24,000 nucleotides of DNA from Sulfuritalea hydrogenivorans sk43H. GTDB taxonomy: Bacteria > Pseudomonadota > Gammaproteobacteria > Burkholderiales > Rhodocyclaceae. Under the pieces are notes generated by a model. That model saw only the letters and a program-made list of their open reading frames with translations, was not told the DNA's origin and made no database searches. Below are positions 1 through 13,637 of the stretch, piece by piece. Positions within the stretch are counted from its first letter, which is position 1; each line of letters opens with the position of its first letter. Where the stretch lies: NCBI GenBank assembly GCA_945870205.1, contig CAMBRI010000009.1, positions 6,287-30,286 on the forward strand. Reading direction: 5' to 3'. Made by a program: the position numbers and the translations under genes.

Positions 1-17
1 TCCAGTGCGCCATTATT

Positions 18-1748
18 TCAGACTCTCGCCATGCGTCGTGGACGCCAATTGACCAGTTCACCAGCCGGCATCGGCTGCCCGATACCGTGTCCCTGACCGA
101 CTTCGCAACCCATGTCCAGCAATGCCTGGTAGAGGGCTTCGTTTTCCACCCCTTCCGCCACGATGTTCATGTCGAAGGCCCGCGCCAGGGCAATGATGCC
201 ATGCACCACGGCGTAGTCACCCTTGTCGTCCAGCATGTCGCGAACAAAGGACTGATCTATTTTCAGCGTATCGACATCGAGCTTGCTCAGGTAGGTGAGC
301 GAAGAATAACCGGTGCCGAAGTCATCCAGCGCGAAACCCACGCCTAGTTCCCGACACGCCTTGATCAGGCCGCTGATCCTGGTGATGTCATCGAGCGCCG
401 CGGTTTCCAGCACTTCGATCTGCAAGCCGCGCAAATCCGTGAGCCGTCCCCGATCCAGGGCGCTCTGTTTTAGTCTCTGCACGAAGCCCGGCGATTGCAG
501 ATGATAGGCCGAGATGTTGATGCTCAATTCGATCTCGAACGCCGCCTCGCGCCATTGGCGTCGCTGGTCCATGGCGCTGCCGATGACCCATTCGCCCAGT
601 TCGATTTCCAGCTCGGTGTTTTCCACCGCGCGCAAGAATTCTTCCGGCAGCAGGCAGCCGCGCTGGGGATGATTCCAGCGCAGCAAGGCCTCGGCGCCGA
701 CCAGGCGGCGCGTGCGCATCTCCACCTTGGGCTGGTAGTAGAGCTCGAATTCACCGTGAGCCAGGCCGTGCCGTATCTGCAGCAACAATTCATGGTGGGA
801 GCGGGCGCGCTGGTCGCTCGCCGGATCGAACAGGTGATAGCGATTCTTGCCCGCCGCCTTGGCCACATACATGGCCTGGTCGGCATGACGCAGCAAGGTT
901 TCGGCATCCTCTTCGTCGTCCGGATACAGGGCCACGCCGATGCTGGCACTGATGCTGAGCACAGTGTCATTGAGAGCGATTGGCTGCTTGATGCTTTCCA
1001 GCAGGCGCTGCAGGCTGCCCACGCATTCTTCCGGCACCTGCAAGCCGACCAGCAGCACGACGAACTCATCGCCGCCCAGACGCGCCACCGTATCGTCCTC
1101 GCGCACCGCCTCCTTGATGCGCCGCGTGATTTCCACCAGCAGTTTGTCGCCGGCGCCATGGCCAAAGCGGTCGTTAACCGGCTTGAAGCCGTCGAGATCG
1201 AGATGGCACACGGCCATCAGGCCGCGGTCGCGCTTGGTGCGCGCCAGGGCCTGTGCCAGGCGGTCGCCCAGCAGCACACGGTTGGGTACGCCGGTCAGCG
1301 CGTCGTAATGCGCCATGTGCTTCAGTTGCTGTTCGTGTTCGCTGCGCTCGGTAATGTCCGCCGCCAGTCCGATGATGCCCCGAATGCTGCCATCATCGTG
1401 GTGCAGCCGAACTTTGGTGATTTCCAGAAGATGCTCGCGGCCATCGACAAAGGGCAGCCACTCGCTCGAAAGGTGCGGCGAGTCCTGCGCCAGGCATTCC
1501 CGGTCCGAGCGCAGGCAACTCGCGGCAACACTGGCTGGCATTACATCGGCGTAATGACCGGCGGCAAGGAATTGCGCCTCCGTGATGCCCGTCGAATCGC
1601 AGAAGCCGCGATTGACGAATTGCACCTTGCCGCGTACGTCTACCATCCAGATGCCGATGGGGGCATTGTCCAGAATCGCCTGGAAGAGGCCACGCTCATT
1701 GTCGATGGAAGGCATATGGAGCAAAACGTTTTTTGATTCGTCAGGCAC
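18..1748 (-). CDS. PAS-GGDEF-EAL signalling protein (diguanylate cyclase / c-di-GMP phosphodiesterase)
   Basis: 576-aa ORF with an N-terminal PAS-like segment (GIWMVDVRGKVQFVNRGF). GGDEF motif is intact (RLGGDEFVVLL), as are the EAL motif (EALLRW) and the later EAL signature DDFGTGYSSL. The 413-aa opposite-strand ORF is an Arg/Ala-rich shadow. Confidence 0.9.
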   Translation of the reverse strand: MPDESKNVLLHMPSIDNERGLFQAILDNAPIGIWMVDVRGKVQFVNRGFCDSTGITEAQFLAAGHYADVMPASVAASCLRSDRECLAQDSPHLSSEWLPFVDGREHLLEITKVRLHHDDGSIRGIIGLAADITERSEHEQQLKHMAHYDALTGVPNRVLLGDRLAQALARTKRDRGLMAVCHLDLDGFKPVNDRFGHGAGDKLLVEITRRIKEAVREDDTVARLGGDEFVVLLVGLQVPEECVGSLQRLLESIKQPIALNDTVLSISASIGVALYPDDEEDAETLLRHADQAMYVAKAAGKNRYHLFDPASDQRARSHHELLLQIRHGLAHGEFELYYQPKVEMRTRRLVGAEALLRWNHPQRGCLLPEEFLRAVENTELEIELGEWVIGSAMDQRRQWREAAFEIELSINISAYHLQSPGFVQRLKQSALDRGRLTDLRGLQIEVLETAALDDITRISGLIKACRELGVGFALDDFGTGYSSLTYLSKLDVDTLKIDQSFVRDMLDDKGDYAVVHGIIALARAFDMNIVAEGVENEALYQALLDMGCEVGQGHGIGQPMPAGELVNWRPRRMARV

Positions 1749-1839
1749 GGAAACCGGCGCAGATGATTTTACGTCCTGTGCGGCACGCAGGACATCCGGC
1801 TCGGAGCTTGTGAATTAATTGGCACCGACCTCCCCGTCC

Positions 1840-1934
1840 GTCATTCCGGCGCAAGCCGGAATCCAGTGCATACCTGAGGTATCCGTGAAAACAATCGGAT
1901 AGACGAACTGGACCCCGGCCTTCGCCGGGGTGAC
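1840..1934. repeat. 95-bp extragenic element: two inverted copies of a 27-bp hairpin module
   Basis: GTCATTCCGGCGCAAGCCGGAATCCAG (1840-1866) matches the reverse complement of 1908-1934 (GTCACCCCGGCGAAGGCCGGGGTCCAG) at 21/27 by hand. Each copy holds a perfect 7-bp stem (TTCCGGC-gcaa-GCCGGAA; CCCCGGC-cttc-GCCGGGG). It lies between the nlpC-like stop and the GGDEF-EAL start. Confidence 0.6.
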
Positions 1935-1973
1935 GAGTACGGAAATCGGGCGGCGATGAATTTTCAGAGCCAC

Positions 1974-2534
1974 TCAGTCGAAGTAGGTCCGACCTTCCTC
2001 AAAGCGCGCCGCAAACCAGCCTTTTTTCAGGCTCTCGGTACGCACCTTGCCGCGACTGTTGGGAGCATGGACGAAGCGATCGTCGCCGATGTAGATGCCG
2101 ACATGCGAATAGGATTTGTTGCGCGTGTTGAAGAAGACCAGGTCGCCGGGACGCAAGGCGGCGGCCGGCACCGGTTTGCCCAGATTTGCCAGATCGGCCG
2201 CCGACCCCGCCAGACGCATGTCGGCCGACTTCTGATAGACGTAGCTGACCATGCCGCTGCAGTCGAGCCCGGCCTCGGGGTTCTTGCCGCCAAAGCGGTA
2301 ACCGGTTTCGATCAGGCCCAGCGCGAACAGCACCACGTCGTAGGCCTTGCCATTGAGCTTTGCCGCATTGCTTGCAGCGGCGACCCCTGCCGCTTCCTTT
2401 GCTGCATCGCCGGCGCCGGCTCGGGAACTGACCGGCGCCGGCGCCTGGCCGCCAACGGGCAGCACGCCGCAGGCACCGAGCACCAGCGTCGAACTGGTCA
2501 GCACTGCGGCAAGCGAATGGCGGGGGGCGGGCAT
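1974..2534 (-). CDS. NlpC/P60 (C40) family cell-wall peptidase lipoprotein
   Basis: 186-aa ORF with a signal peptide and lipobox (LVLGAC). Catalytic Cys context GLDCSGMVSYVY and His context HVGIYIGDDRFVHAP are typical of NlpC/P60. Confidence 0.85.
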   Translation of the reverse strand: MPAPRHSLAAVLTSSTLVLGACGVLPVGGQAPAPVSSRAGAGDAAKEAAGVAAASNAAKLNGKAYDVVLFALGLIETGYRFGGKNPEAGLDCSGMVSYVYQKSADMRLAGSAADLANLGKPVPAAALRPGDLVFFNTRNKSYSHVGIYIGDDRFVHAPNSRGKVRTESLKKGWFAARFEEGRTYFD

Positions 2535-2593
2535 AAGCCCGAATCTAATCCGCTACACTGCTGCCGATAGACCCAAACAAGGCAGAAAACCTC

Positions 2594-3724
2594 ATGCAAA
2601 TCCGCGCCGCCGTGCTGAGCAAGATGGAGCGACCGCTCCCCTACGCCCAAACCCGACCGATAGTCATCGAAACCATCAACCTCGCCGGGCCCGGCCCCAA
2701 CGAAGTGCTGGTGCGGATTACCGCCGCCGGGCTGTGTCATTCCGACCTGTCGATCGTCAATGGCGACCGCCCGCGACCGATGCCGATGGCGCTCGGCCAC
2801 GAAGCCGCCGGCATCGTCGAGGAAACCGGTCCCGGCGTCACCGACCTGGTGCGCGGCGACACAGTGGCGCTGGTGTTCGTGCCCAGTTGCGGCCACTGCC
2901 TACCCTGCCTTGAAGGCCGCCCCGCACTGTGCGAGCCCGGTGCCGTGGCCAACACGGCGGGCACCATGGTCGGCGGCCACCGCCATCTCTCTCGCGTCGA
3001 CGGTACACCGCTGAACCACCAGGTCGGTGTTTCCTGTTTCGCCGAATATGCCGTGGTAAATCGCGGCAGCCTGGTCAAGGTGATTCCCGATCTGGCGCCT
3101 GATGTGGCGGCGATTTTCGGCTGCGCGGTGCTGACAGGTGTCGGCGCGGCGATCAACTCGGCACAGGTGCGCCTTGGCCAGACCGTGGCCGTGGTGGGCC
3201 TGGGTGGCGTCGGCCTGGCAGCCGTGCTGGGTGCGCTGGCCGCCGGGGCGAGGCAAGTCATCGCCGTCGATACCCTGCCGGCGAAACTCGACACCGCCCT
3301 TGCGCTGGGCGCGACGCTAGCCTTTCGTGCGGATGACCCCGACCTCGTGGCGCAGATCAAGGCCGCCACCGGCGGTGGCGTGGATATCGCCATCGAAGCC
3401 GCCAGTTCGGTTCAGGCGCTCGACTCCGCCTACAAGATGACGCGGCGCGGCGGCACCACCGTCACCTGCAGCCTGCCGCCGCCGTCGCACACATTCAATG
3501 TGCCGGCGGTAAACCTGGTTGCCGAAGAACGCACGCTCAAAGGCAGCTACCTCGGATCTTCGGTGCCGGTGCGTGACATTCCGCACTACATCGCCCTGTT
3601 CAAGGCCGGCCGCCTGCCGGTGGACAAGCTGATCACGCATCGCCTGAGGCTGGACCAGATCAACGAGGGCTTCGACCGGCTGGCCTCCGGCGAAGCCGTG
3701 CGCCAGGTGATCCTGTTCGACTGA
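2594..3724 (+). CDS. Zn-dependent alcohol dehydrogenase (medium-chain dehydrogenase/reductase family)
   Basis: 376-aa ORF with catalytic Zn ligand motifs GLCHSDLS and GHEAAGIVEE. Structural Zn cluster is CGHCLPCLEGRPALC and the Rossmann motif is VVGLGGVGL. Confidence 0.85.
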   Translation: MQIRAAVLSKMERPLPYAQTRPIVIETINLAGPGPNEVLVRITAAGLCHSDLSIVNGDRPRPMPMALGHEAAGIVEETGPGVTDLVRGDTVALVFVPSCGHCLPCLEGRPALCEPGAVANTAGTMVGGHRHLSRVDGTPLNHQVGVSCFAEYAVVNRGSLVKVIPDLAPDVAAIFGCAVLTGVGAAINSAQVRLGQTVAVVGLGGVGLAAVLGALAAGARQVIAVDTLPAKLDTALALGATLAFRADDPDLVAQIKAATGGGVDIAIEAASSVQALDSAYKMTRRGGTTVTCSLPPPSHTFNVPAVNLVAEERTLKGSYLGSSVPVRDIPHYIALFKAGRLPVDKLITHRLRLDQINEGFDRLASGEAVRQVILFD

Positions 3725-3725
3725 A

Positions 3726-4904
3726 ATGAGCGCCAGACGCCATCTATTCACCTCCGAATCCGTCTCGGAAGGCCACCCGGACAAGCTCGCCGACCAGATT
3801 TCAGACGCGATCCTGGATGCCTTCCTGGCCCGCGAGACAACGGCCAAGGTCGCCTGCGAAACCCTGGTTGCCGATAATCTGATTGTCATCGCCGGCGAGT
3901 TCCGGACGGCTGATCCCGGAGTCTTCGACGACGTTCGCGGCCGTGCCGAGGAGATCGCCCGCCAGGTTCTGAAGGACGCCGGCTACCGTGACGCCGATAC
4001 CGGCATCGACCCGGACCGCTGCGAAGTGCAGGTACGCTTCAATCATCAGTCGATCCAGATCAACAAGGGCATCGTGCTGGCCAACGGTCAGCTCGGCGCC
4101 GGCGATCAGGGGCTGATGTTCGGCTATGCCTGCGACGAAACGCCGGACCTGATGCCGTACCCGATCTGGTTGGCGCATCGGCTGGTGCAACGCCAGGCCG
4201 AGCTCAGAAAATCCGGCGCCCTGCCCTGGCTGCGCCCCGATGCAAAAAGCCAGGTGACCGTGCTCTATGAGGGCCAACGAATGGCCGGCATCGCCAGCGT
4301 GGTGATCTCGACCCAGATCGAACGCGATCTCGATCCGGCCTGGGTCGCGCAGCAGGTCACGCATGAAATCATCGACCCGGTGCTGGCCGCGCGCGCGCGC
4401 GCGCCGGCATTCCGCATCTGGGTCAATCCGGCCGGGCCCTTCGAAATCGGCGGTCCGCATGGCGACACGGGGCTTACCGGGCGCAAGATCATCGTCGACA
4501 CCTATGGCGGCGCCTGCCCGCACGGCGGCGGTGCCTTCTCCGGCAAGGACCCGAGCAAGGTCGATCGCTCGGCGGCTTACATGGCGCGTTACATCGCCAA
4601 GAACATCGTTGCCGCAAAACTCGCCCGCCGCTGCCTGGTGCAGATCGCCTATGCCATCGGCGTCAGTGACCCGGTGTCGGTGATGATCGACACCCAGGGC
4701 ACGGCGCGCATCACGGACACCGCCCTGGAAACGGCGGTGAAGAAAGTATTCCATCTCACACCGAGCGGCATCATCGCGGCACTCGACCTGGCGCGGCCGA
4801 TCTACCGCCAGACCGCGAGCTATGGCCATTTCGGCCGCAGTGACATCGACCTGAACTGGGAGCGCACCGATCAGGTCGAAGCGCTGAAGCGGGCGCTGGG
4901 CTGA
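3726..4904 (+). CDS. metK: S-adenosylmethionine synthetase (methionine adenosyltransferase), divergent N-terminal domain
   Basis: 392-aa ORF with MetK signatures: FTSESVSEGHPDKLADQISDAILDA, GAGDQGLMFGYA, GLTGRKIIVDTYGG, GGGAFSGKDPSKVDRSAAY. It starts 1 nt after the ADH stop. Confidence 0.9.
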   Translation: MSARRHLFTSESVSEGHPDKLADQISDAILDAFLARETTAKVACETLVADNLIVIAGEFRTADPGVFDDVRGRAEEIARQVLKDAGYRDADTGIDPDRCEVQVRFNHQSIQINKGIVLANGQLGAGDQGLMFGYACDETPDLMPYPIWLAHRLVQRQAELRKSGALPWLRPDAKSQVTVLYEGQRMAGIASVVISTQIERDLDPAWVAQQVTHEIIDPVLAARARAPAFRIWVNPAGPFEIGGPHGDTGLTGRKIIVDTYGGACPHGGGAFSGKDPSKVDRSAAYMARYIAKNIVAAKLARRCLVQIAYAIGVSDPVSVMIDTQGTARITDTALETAVKKVFHLTPSGIIAALDLARPIYRQTASYGHFGRSDIDLNWERTDQVEALKRALG

Positions 4905-4906
4905 GG

Positions 4907-4957
4907 GCCGCCGCCGCGCACGTGGCGGTGGCGGTGGCGGTGGCGGCGGCAGTTTTT
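4907..4957 (+). terminator. Candidate rho-independent terminator of metK containing a (GTGGCG)x4 tandem repeat
   Basis: GCCGCCGCC (4907-4915) pairs with GGCGGCGGC (4942-4950), followed by AG + TTTTT (4953-4957), 3 nt after the metK stop. The loop holds four perfect GTGGCG units (4922-4945). Confidence 0.5.
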
Positions 4958-5236
4958 CGGGTGTCGGACAGACCCCGGCTTCCTACGTAGAAACCGCAGT
5001 TTTCAGCGTAAAGCACGGATAAACAAAGCTGGTCCGGTTTGAGACTATTGGGCTCAATCGCATGCGTGCGTTCCGCGCGCATGAAGAGCAGTGTCTTGTC
5101 GAGCCCGGATTCAGCATGTCCGCAACGACCGCAAGTGATGCAGCATTTTCAACGAGACCCCAGGAAAATTCGTCACCGCCATGTTTTCGACTGAAATCGA
5201 CACCAGGTCTTTTGAACGCTGCGCAAGGGCGTCGCG

Positions 5237-11336
<6,100 letters not shown>

Positions 11337-11344
11337 GCGCACCC

Positions 11345-11746
11345 TCAATCCGCCAGCGCGGGCACCTCGCGCTTGCTGCCGTCATCGTTGATCGCGACAT
11401 AGGTGAATTGCGCCTCGGTGACTTTGACCACCACCGGATTTGTCGGATTGCGCTCGGCATAAACCTGCACGTCCACGGTGATCGACGTCCGGCCGACCTT
11501 CACCACGTTGGCGTAGAAACTGACAATGTCGCCGACCGAGATTGGCTGCTTGAACAGGAAGGAATTCACCGCCACGGTGGCGATGCGGCCGCGTGCCAGG
11601 CGCATTGCCGGTATGGCGGCGGCGATGTCGCATTGGGCCATGACCCAGCCGCCGAAAATGTCGCCATTGCCGTTCATGTCGGCCGGCATCGGCATCACGC
11701 GCAGCACCGGCTCACGACCCGGTATGAGTACTCCGTGGTGAGGCAT
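11345..11746 (-). CDS. yciA: Acyl-CoA thioesterase, YciA-like hotdog fold
   Basis: Close pattern match to E. coli YciA ([28 protein letters not shown] ... [21 protein letters not shown]). I prefer ATG 11746 (GGAGAG upstream) over the track start 11803, because 11747-11803 is a fadJ 3'-end fragment. The stop lies 8 nt before the kinase ATG. Confidence 0.85.
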   Translation of the reverse strand: MPHHGVLIPGREPVLRVMPMPADMNGNGDIFGGWVMAQCDIAAAIPAMRLARGRIATVAVNSFLFKQPISVGDIVSFYANVVKVGRTSITVDVQVYAERNPTNPVVVKVTEAQFTYVAINDDGSKREVPALAD

Positions 11747-11763
11747 CAGCGCTCTCCGCTCTG

Positions 11764-11796
11764 CAAGTAATTCATCGGACCTCCAGTATAGTGGGC
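11764..11796 (-). repeat. Left boundary repeat of the islet: orphan fragment of a fadJ 3' end (encodes ..YTGGPMNYL, then QSGER*)
   Basis: Collinear with 13944-13976 at an offset of 2180 bp, 27/33 identical, with an 11-bp perfect core TAATTCATCGG. Five of the 6 mismatches are synonymous third-codon positions in the fadJ frame. Its TGA (11746-11748) overlaps the yciA ATG as TGATG. Confidence 0.7.
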
Positions 11797-12195
11797 GACC
11801 CATACAGGAGCCGTGAGAATCTCACAACTCCGCCAGAACACGCCGACGTTCTAACGCTCATGGCACCCAGTACCACCCGCCGGAGATGAAGCGCGCAAAC
11901 GGCAAATTGAAGGCCCCCGCCCCCGTTCCACGGCCGGCCCTGCATGGCCGGCCGCCAGCGGCGGCGCGAAGCAGTGCTTGGCGAAATCCCGCCTACGCCC
12001 CCTTCCCAGGGCGGGGCTACCAGTCGGCTCGCTTCGCTCGGTTATCACCAGCCGCTTCGAACGAGTTGTTCCATTACGTTAAATTGAGAGTTCGGAGCAT
12101 TTCTCTGCTTTTCATGCCATTCTGTTCGGAATGGACAGGTTTTGCGGATATTTTCGTGTTCAGTTGCACCGCAATTCGACACCCAACTGACCCGC

Positions 12196-12224
12196 TTGCA
12201 TTTCCCCAATTGAGGGCCGATAAT
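12196..12224 (+). promoter_or_regulatory. Sigma70-type promoter of the MNT/HEPN operon, predicting a leaderless transcript
   Basis: TTGCAT (12196-12201), 17-nt spacer, GATAAT (12219-12224). The expected TSS is near 12231, next to ATG 12232, and there is no Shine-Dalgarno upstream of that ATG. Confidence 0.4.
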
Positions 12225-12231
12225 CCCCGTA

Positions 12232-12876
12232 ATGGGGAACGAGAAGCCAACTTCAATCGCAGACGTCCTGTTTTCCGGTGTGCAGCAACGGGTGATCGGC
12301 CTGTTGTTCGGGCAGCCGGATCGGTCCTTTTACGCCAATGAAATCGAGAGGTTAGGAAAAACCGGGCGTGGCGCCTTGCAGCGCGAACTGGAGCGCATGA
12401 CGGCCTCGGGCTTGGTAACGCTGACGGTGATCGGAAAGCAAAAGCACTATCAGGCCAACAAGGTTTCGCCCATCTTCAACGAACTGCGCGGAATCGCGGT
12501 CAAGACCTTCGGCTTGTCCGACATCCTGCGACTTGCTCTGGCCCAATTCATCCCGGAAATCGTTTTTGCGTTCATTTTTGGATCGGTGGCCAAAAACACC
12601 GATACGGCCGCGAGCGACATCGATGTGATGGTGATCGCCGACGGATTGAGCTACAGCGTCCTGTTCGAAGCTCTGACGAAAGCCGAGGAAACCCTGGGTC
12701 GCAAGGTCAGCCCAACGCTCTATTCGAAGGAAGAATTCAACAAGAAGCTGGCGGGAGACAACCACTTCGTGAGCCGCGTCCTCAACCAGCAAAAAATCGT
12801 CCTTATAGGAGACGAAAGTGCTATCCGCACAGGAAAACCTGCAGAACCTGCTGAAGATCGGCAAACTCAAGGCTGA
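12232..12876 (+). CDS. Winged-helix DNA-binding domain fused to a minimal nucleotidyltransferase (MNT/MntA-like antitoxin candidate)
   Basis: 214-aa ORF with an N-terminal wHTH-like segment (FYANEIERLGKTGRGALQRELERMTASGLVTL). The NTase core is FGSVAKNTDTAASDIDVMVIAD (GS ... DxD). Confidence 0.8.
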   Translation: MGNEKPTSIADVLFSGVQQRVIGLLFGQPDRSFYANEIERLGKTGRGALQRELERMTASGLVTLTVIGKQKHYQANKVSPIFNELRGIAVKTFGLSDILRLALAQFIPEIVFAFIFGSVAKNTDTAASDIDVMVIADGLSYSVLFEALTKAEETLGRKVSPTLYSKEEFNKKLAGDNHFVSRVLNQQKIVLIGDESAIRTGKPAEPAEDRQTQG

Positions 12877-13249
12877 ACCCCCAAATTCGAGGGAACTTGA
12901 CGGACTGCTAAGCTCCGCCGGACGAAAGTTGCCCGACGCCGAGAACCTGTCGCTCTCGCCCGATAGCCGCTTTAGTCTTGCCTATGACGCAGCCCATACC
13001 TTCGCCCTCGCCGCCTTGCGCTGGCATGGCTATCGCTCGGAAAACCGGTACATCGTTTTTCAGGTTCTCGGGCACACCCTGAATTTTCCGACAGCCAAAT
13101 GGCGATTCCTGGATAGCTGCCATCAGAAACGGAATGCCGCGCTGTACGAGGGCGACTACACCGACGACGAGCAACTGATAAAGGAACTCGTTGCGGCTGC
13201 AAAGGACTTGAAGGCTGCTGTGGAGTCGCTGGGACCGGTCCGCACATGA
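12818..13249 (+). CDS. HEPN-domain protein (HepT-like toxin candidate) partnered with the MNT
   Basis: 143-aa ORF with a GTG start, GGAG 7 nt upstream, and a 59-nt out-of-frame overlap with the MNT gene. The HEPN-like motif region is WRFLDSCHQKRNAALYEGDY (R-x5-H and RN-x3-Y). The position downstream of an MNT gene is the canonical pairing. Confidence 0.65.
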   Translation: MLSAQENLQNLLKIGKLKAEPPNSRELDGLLSSAGRKLPDAENLSLSPDSRFSLAYDAAHTFALAALRWHGYRSENRYIVFQVLGHTLNFPTAKWRFLDSCHQKRNAALYEGDYTDDEQLIKELVAAAKDLKAAVESLGPVRT

Positions 13250-13282
13250 CATTACCAAGCATTGGCGATTCGCCCCATCACC

Positions 13283-13452
13283 CAGGGCAATCGCATGAAG
13301 GATGCTCCCTCCCCTTCAAAGGTTGGGGTGGGGATGGGACAAAACAAGCATGGGGAAGGACAGCAAACCACGTCATCGAACCCCATCCCCCTCCCGGCCT
13401 CCCCCTTGAAGGGGGAGGAGAACACCACGGTGTCATTCATGCGATTGCCCTG
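13283..13452. mobile_element. 170-bp MITE-like element (or highly structured RNA) with 17-bp perfect terminal inverted repeats
   Basis: CAGGGCAATCGCATGAA at 13283-13299 recurs as its exact reverse complement at 13436-13452. It is flanked by direct 10-mers CCCCATCACC at 13273-13282 and 13453-13462. The interior has G/C-tract hairpins, for example the perfect CCTCCCCC-ttgaa-GGGGGAGG at 13398-13418. Confidence 0.5.
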
Positions 13453-13637
13453 CCCCATCACCGTCTCGCCAGCGCCGACTTTTGCGACAGGTTCAATGTG
13501 ACCCTCGCGTCAGGACGGCGTACTGTATCAATGCTTCGTTTGCGCCGATTCCAACGCTACTTCGCAGCTGCCGCATTCAAGCAAGGTATCCGCGCTGTTT
13601 GCCGGAAGGTTAATGGCAATTGATTGAACAGGACCCC

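Noticed and set aside
495-1736. 413-aa ORF antisense to the GGDEF-EAL gene
   Set aside because: It is Arg/Ala/Gly/His-rich and low in complexity, with no recognisable motifs. The opposite strand carries clear PAS/GGDEF/EAL signatures. This is a typical high-GC shadow ORF.
2535-2593. Looked for a SAM riboswitch or other leader upstream of adh-metK, and in 4958-5236 upstream of the kinase
   Set aside because: The first region is only 59 bp with no recognisable conserved riboswitch core. For the second, I could not identify a convincing conserved structure by eye. A covariance-model scan would be needed to exclude one.
3801-4829. 342-aa ORF antisense to metK
   Set aside because: Shadow ORF. 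The plus strand encodes unmistakable MetK motifs.
11747-11803. N-terminal 19-aa extension of the yciA ORF (start 11803)
   Set aside because: This segment is the out-of-frame fadJ 3'-end fragment. ATG 11746 has GGAGAG upstream and aligns with the YciA N-terminus.
11886-12341. 151-aa ORF in the left part of the islet (plus 65-aa and 60-aa minus-strand ORFs)
   Set aside because: It is Pro/Ala/Arg-rich, runs across the predicted promoter and into the MNT gene out of frame, and has no motifs. The region 11800-12195 is left unannotated. It contains only GC hairpins, for example the 9-bp stem CGGCCGGCC-ctgcat-GGCCGGCCG at 11931-11954.
13246-13623. 125-aa, 79-aa and 69-aa ORFs running through the MITE-like element
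   Set aside because: The peptides (PSPSKVGVGMG, PLPASPLKGEE) are translations of the G/C-tract hairpins. None has a start context.
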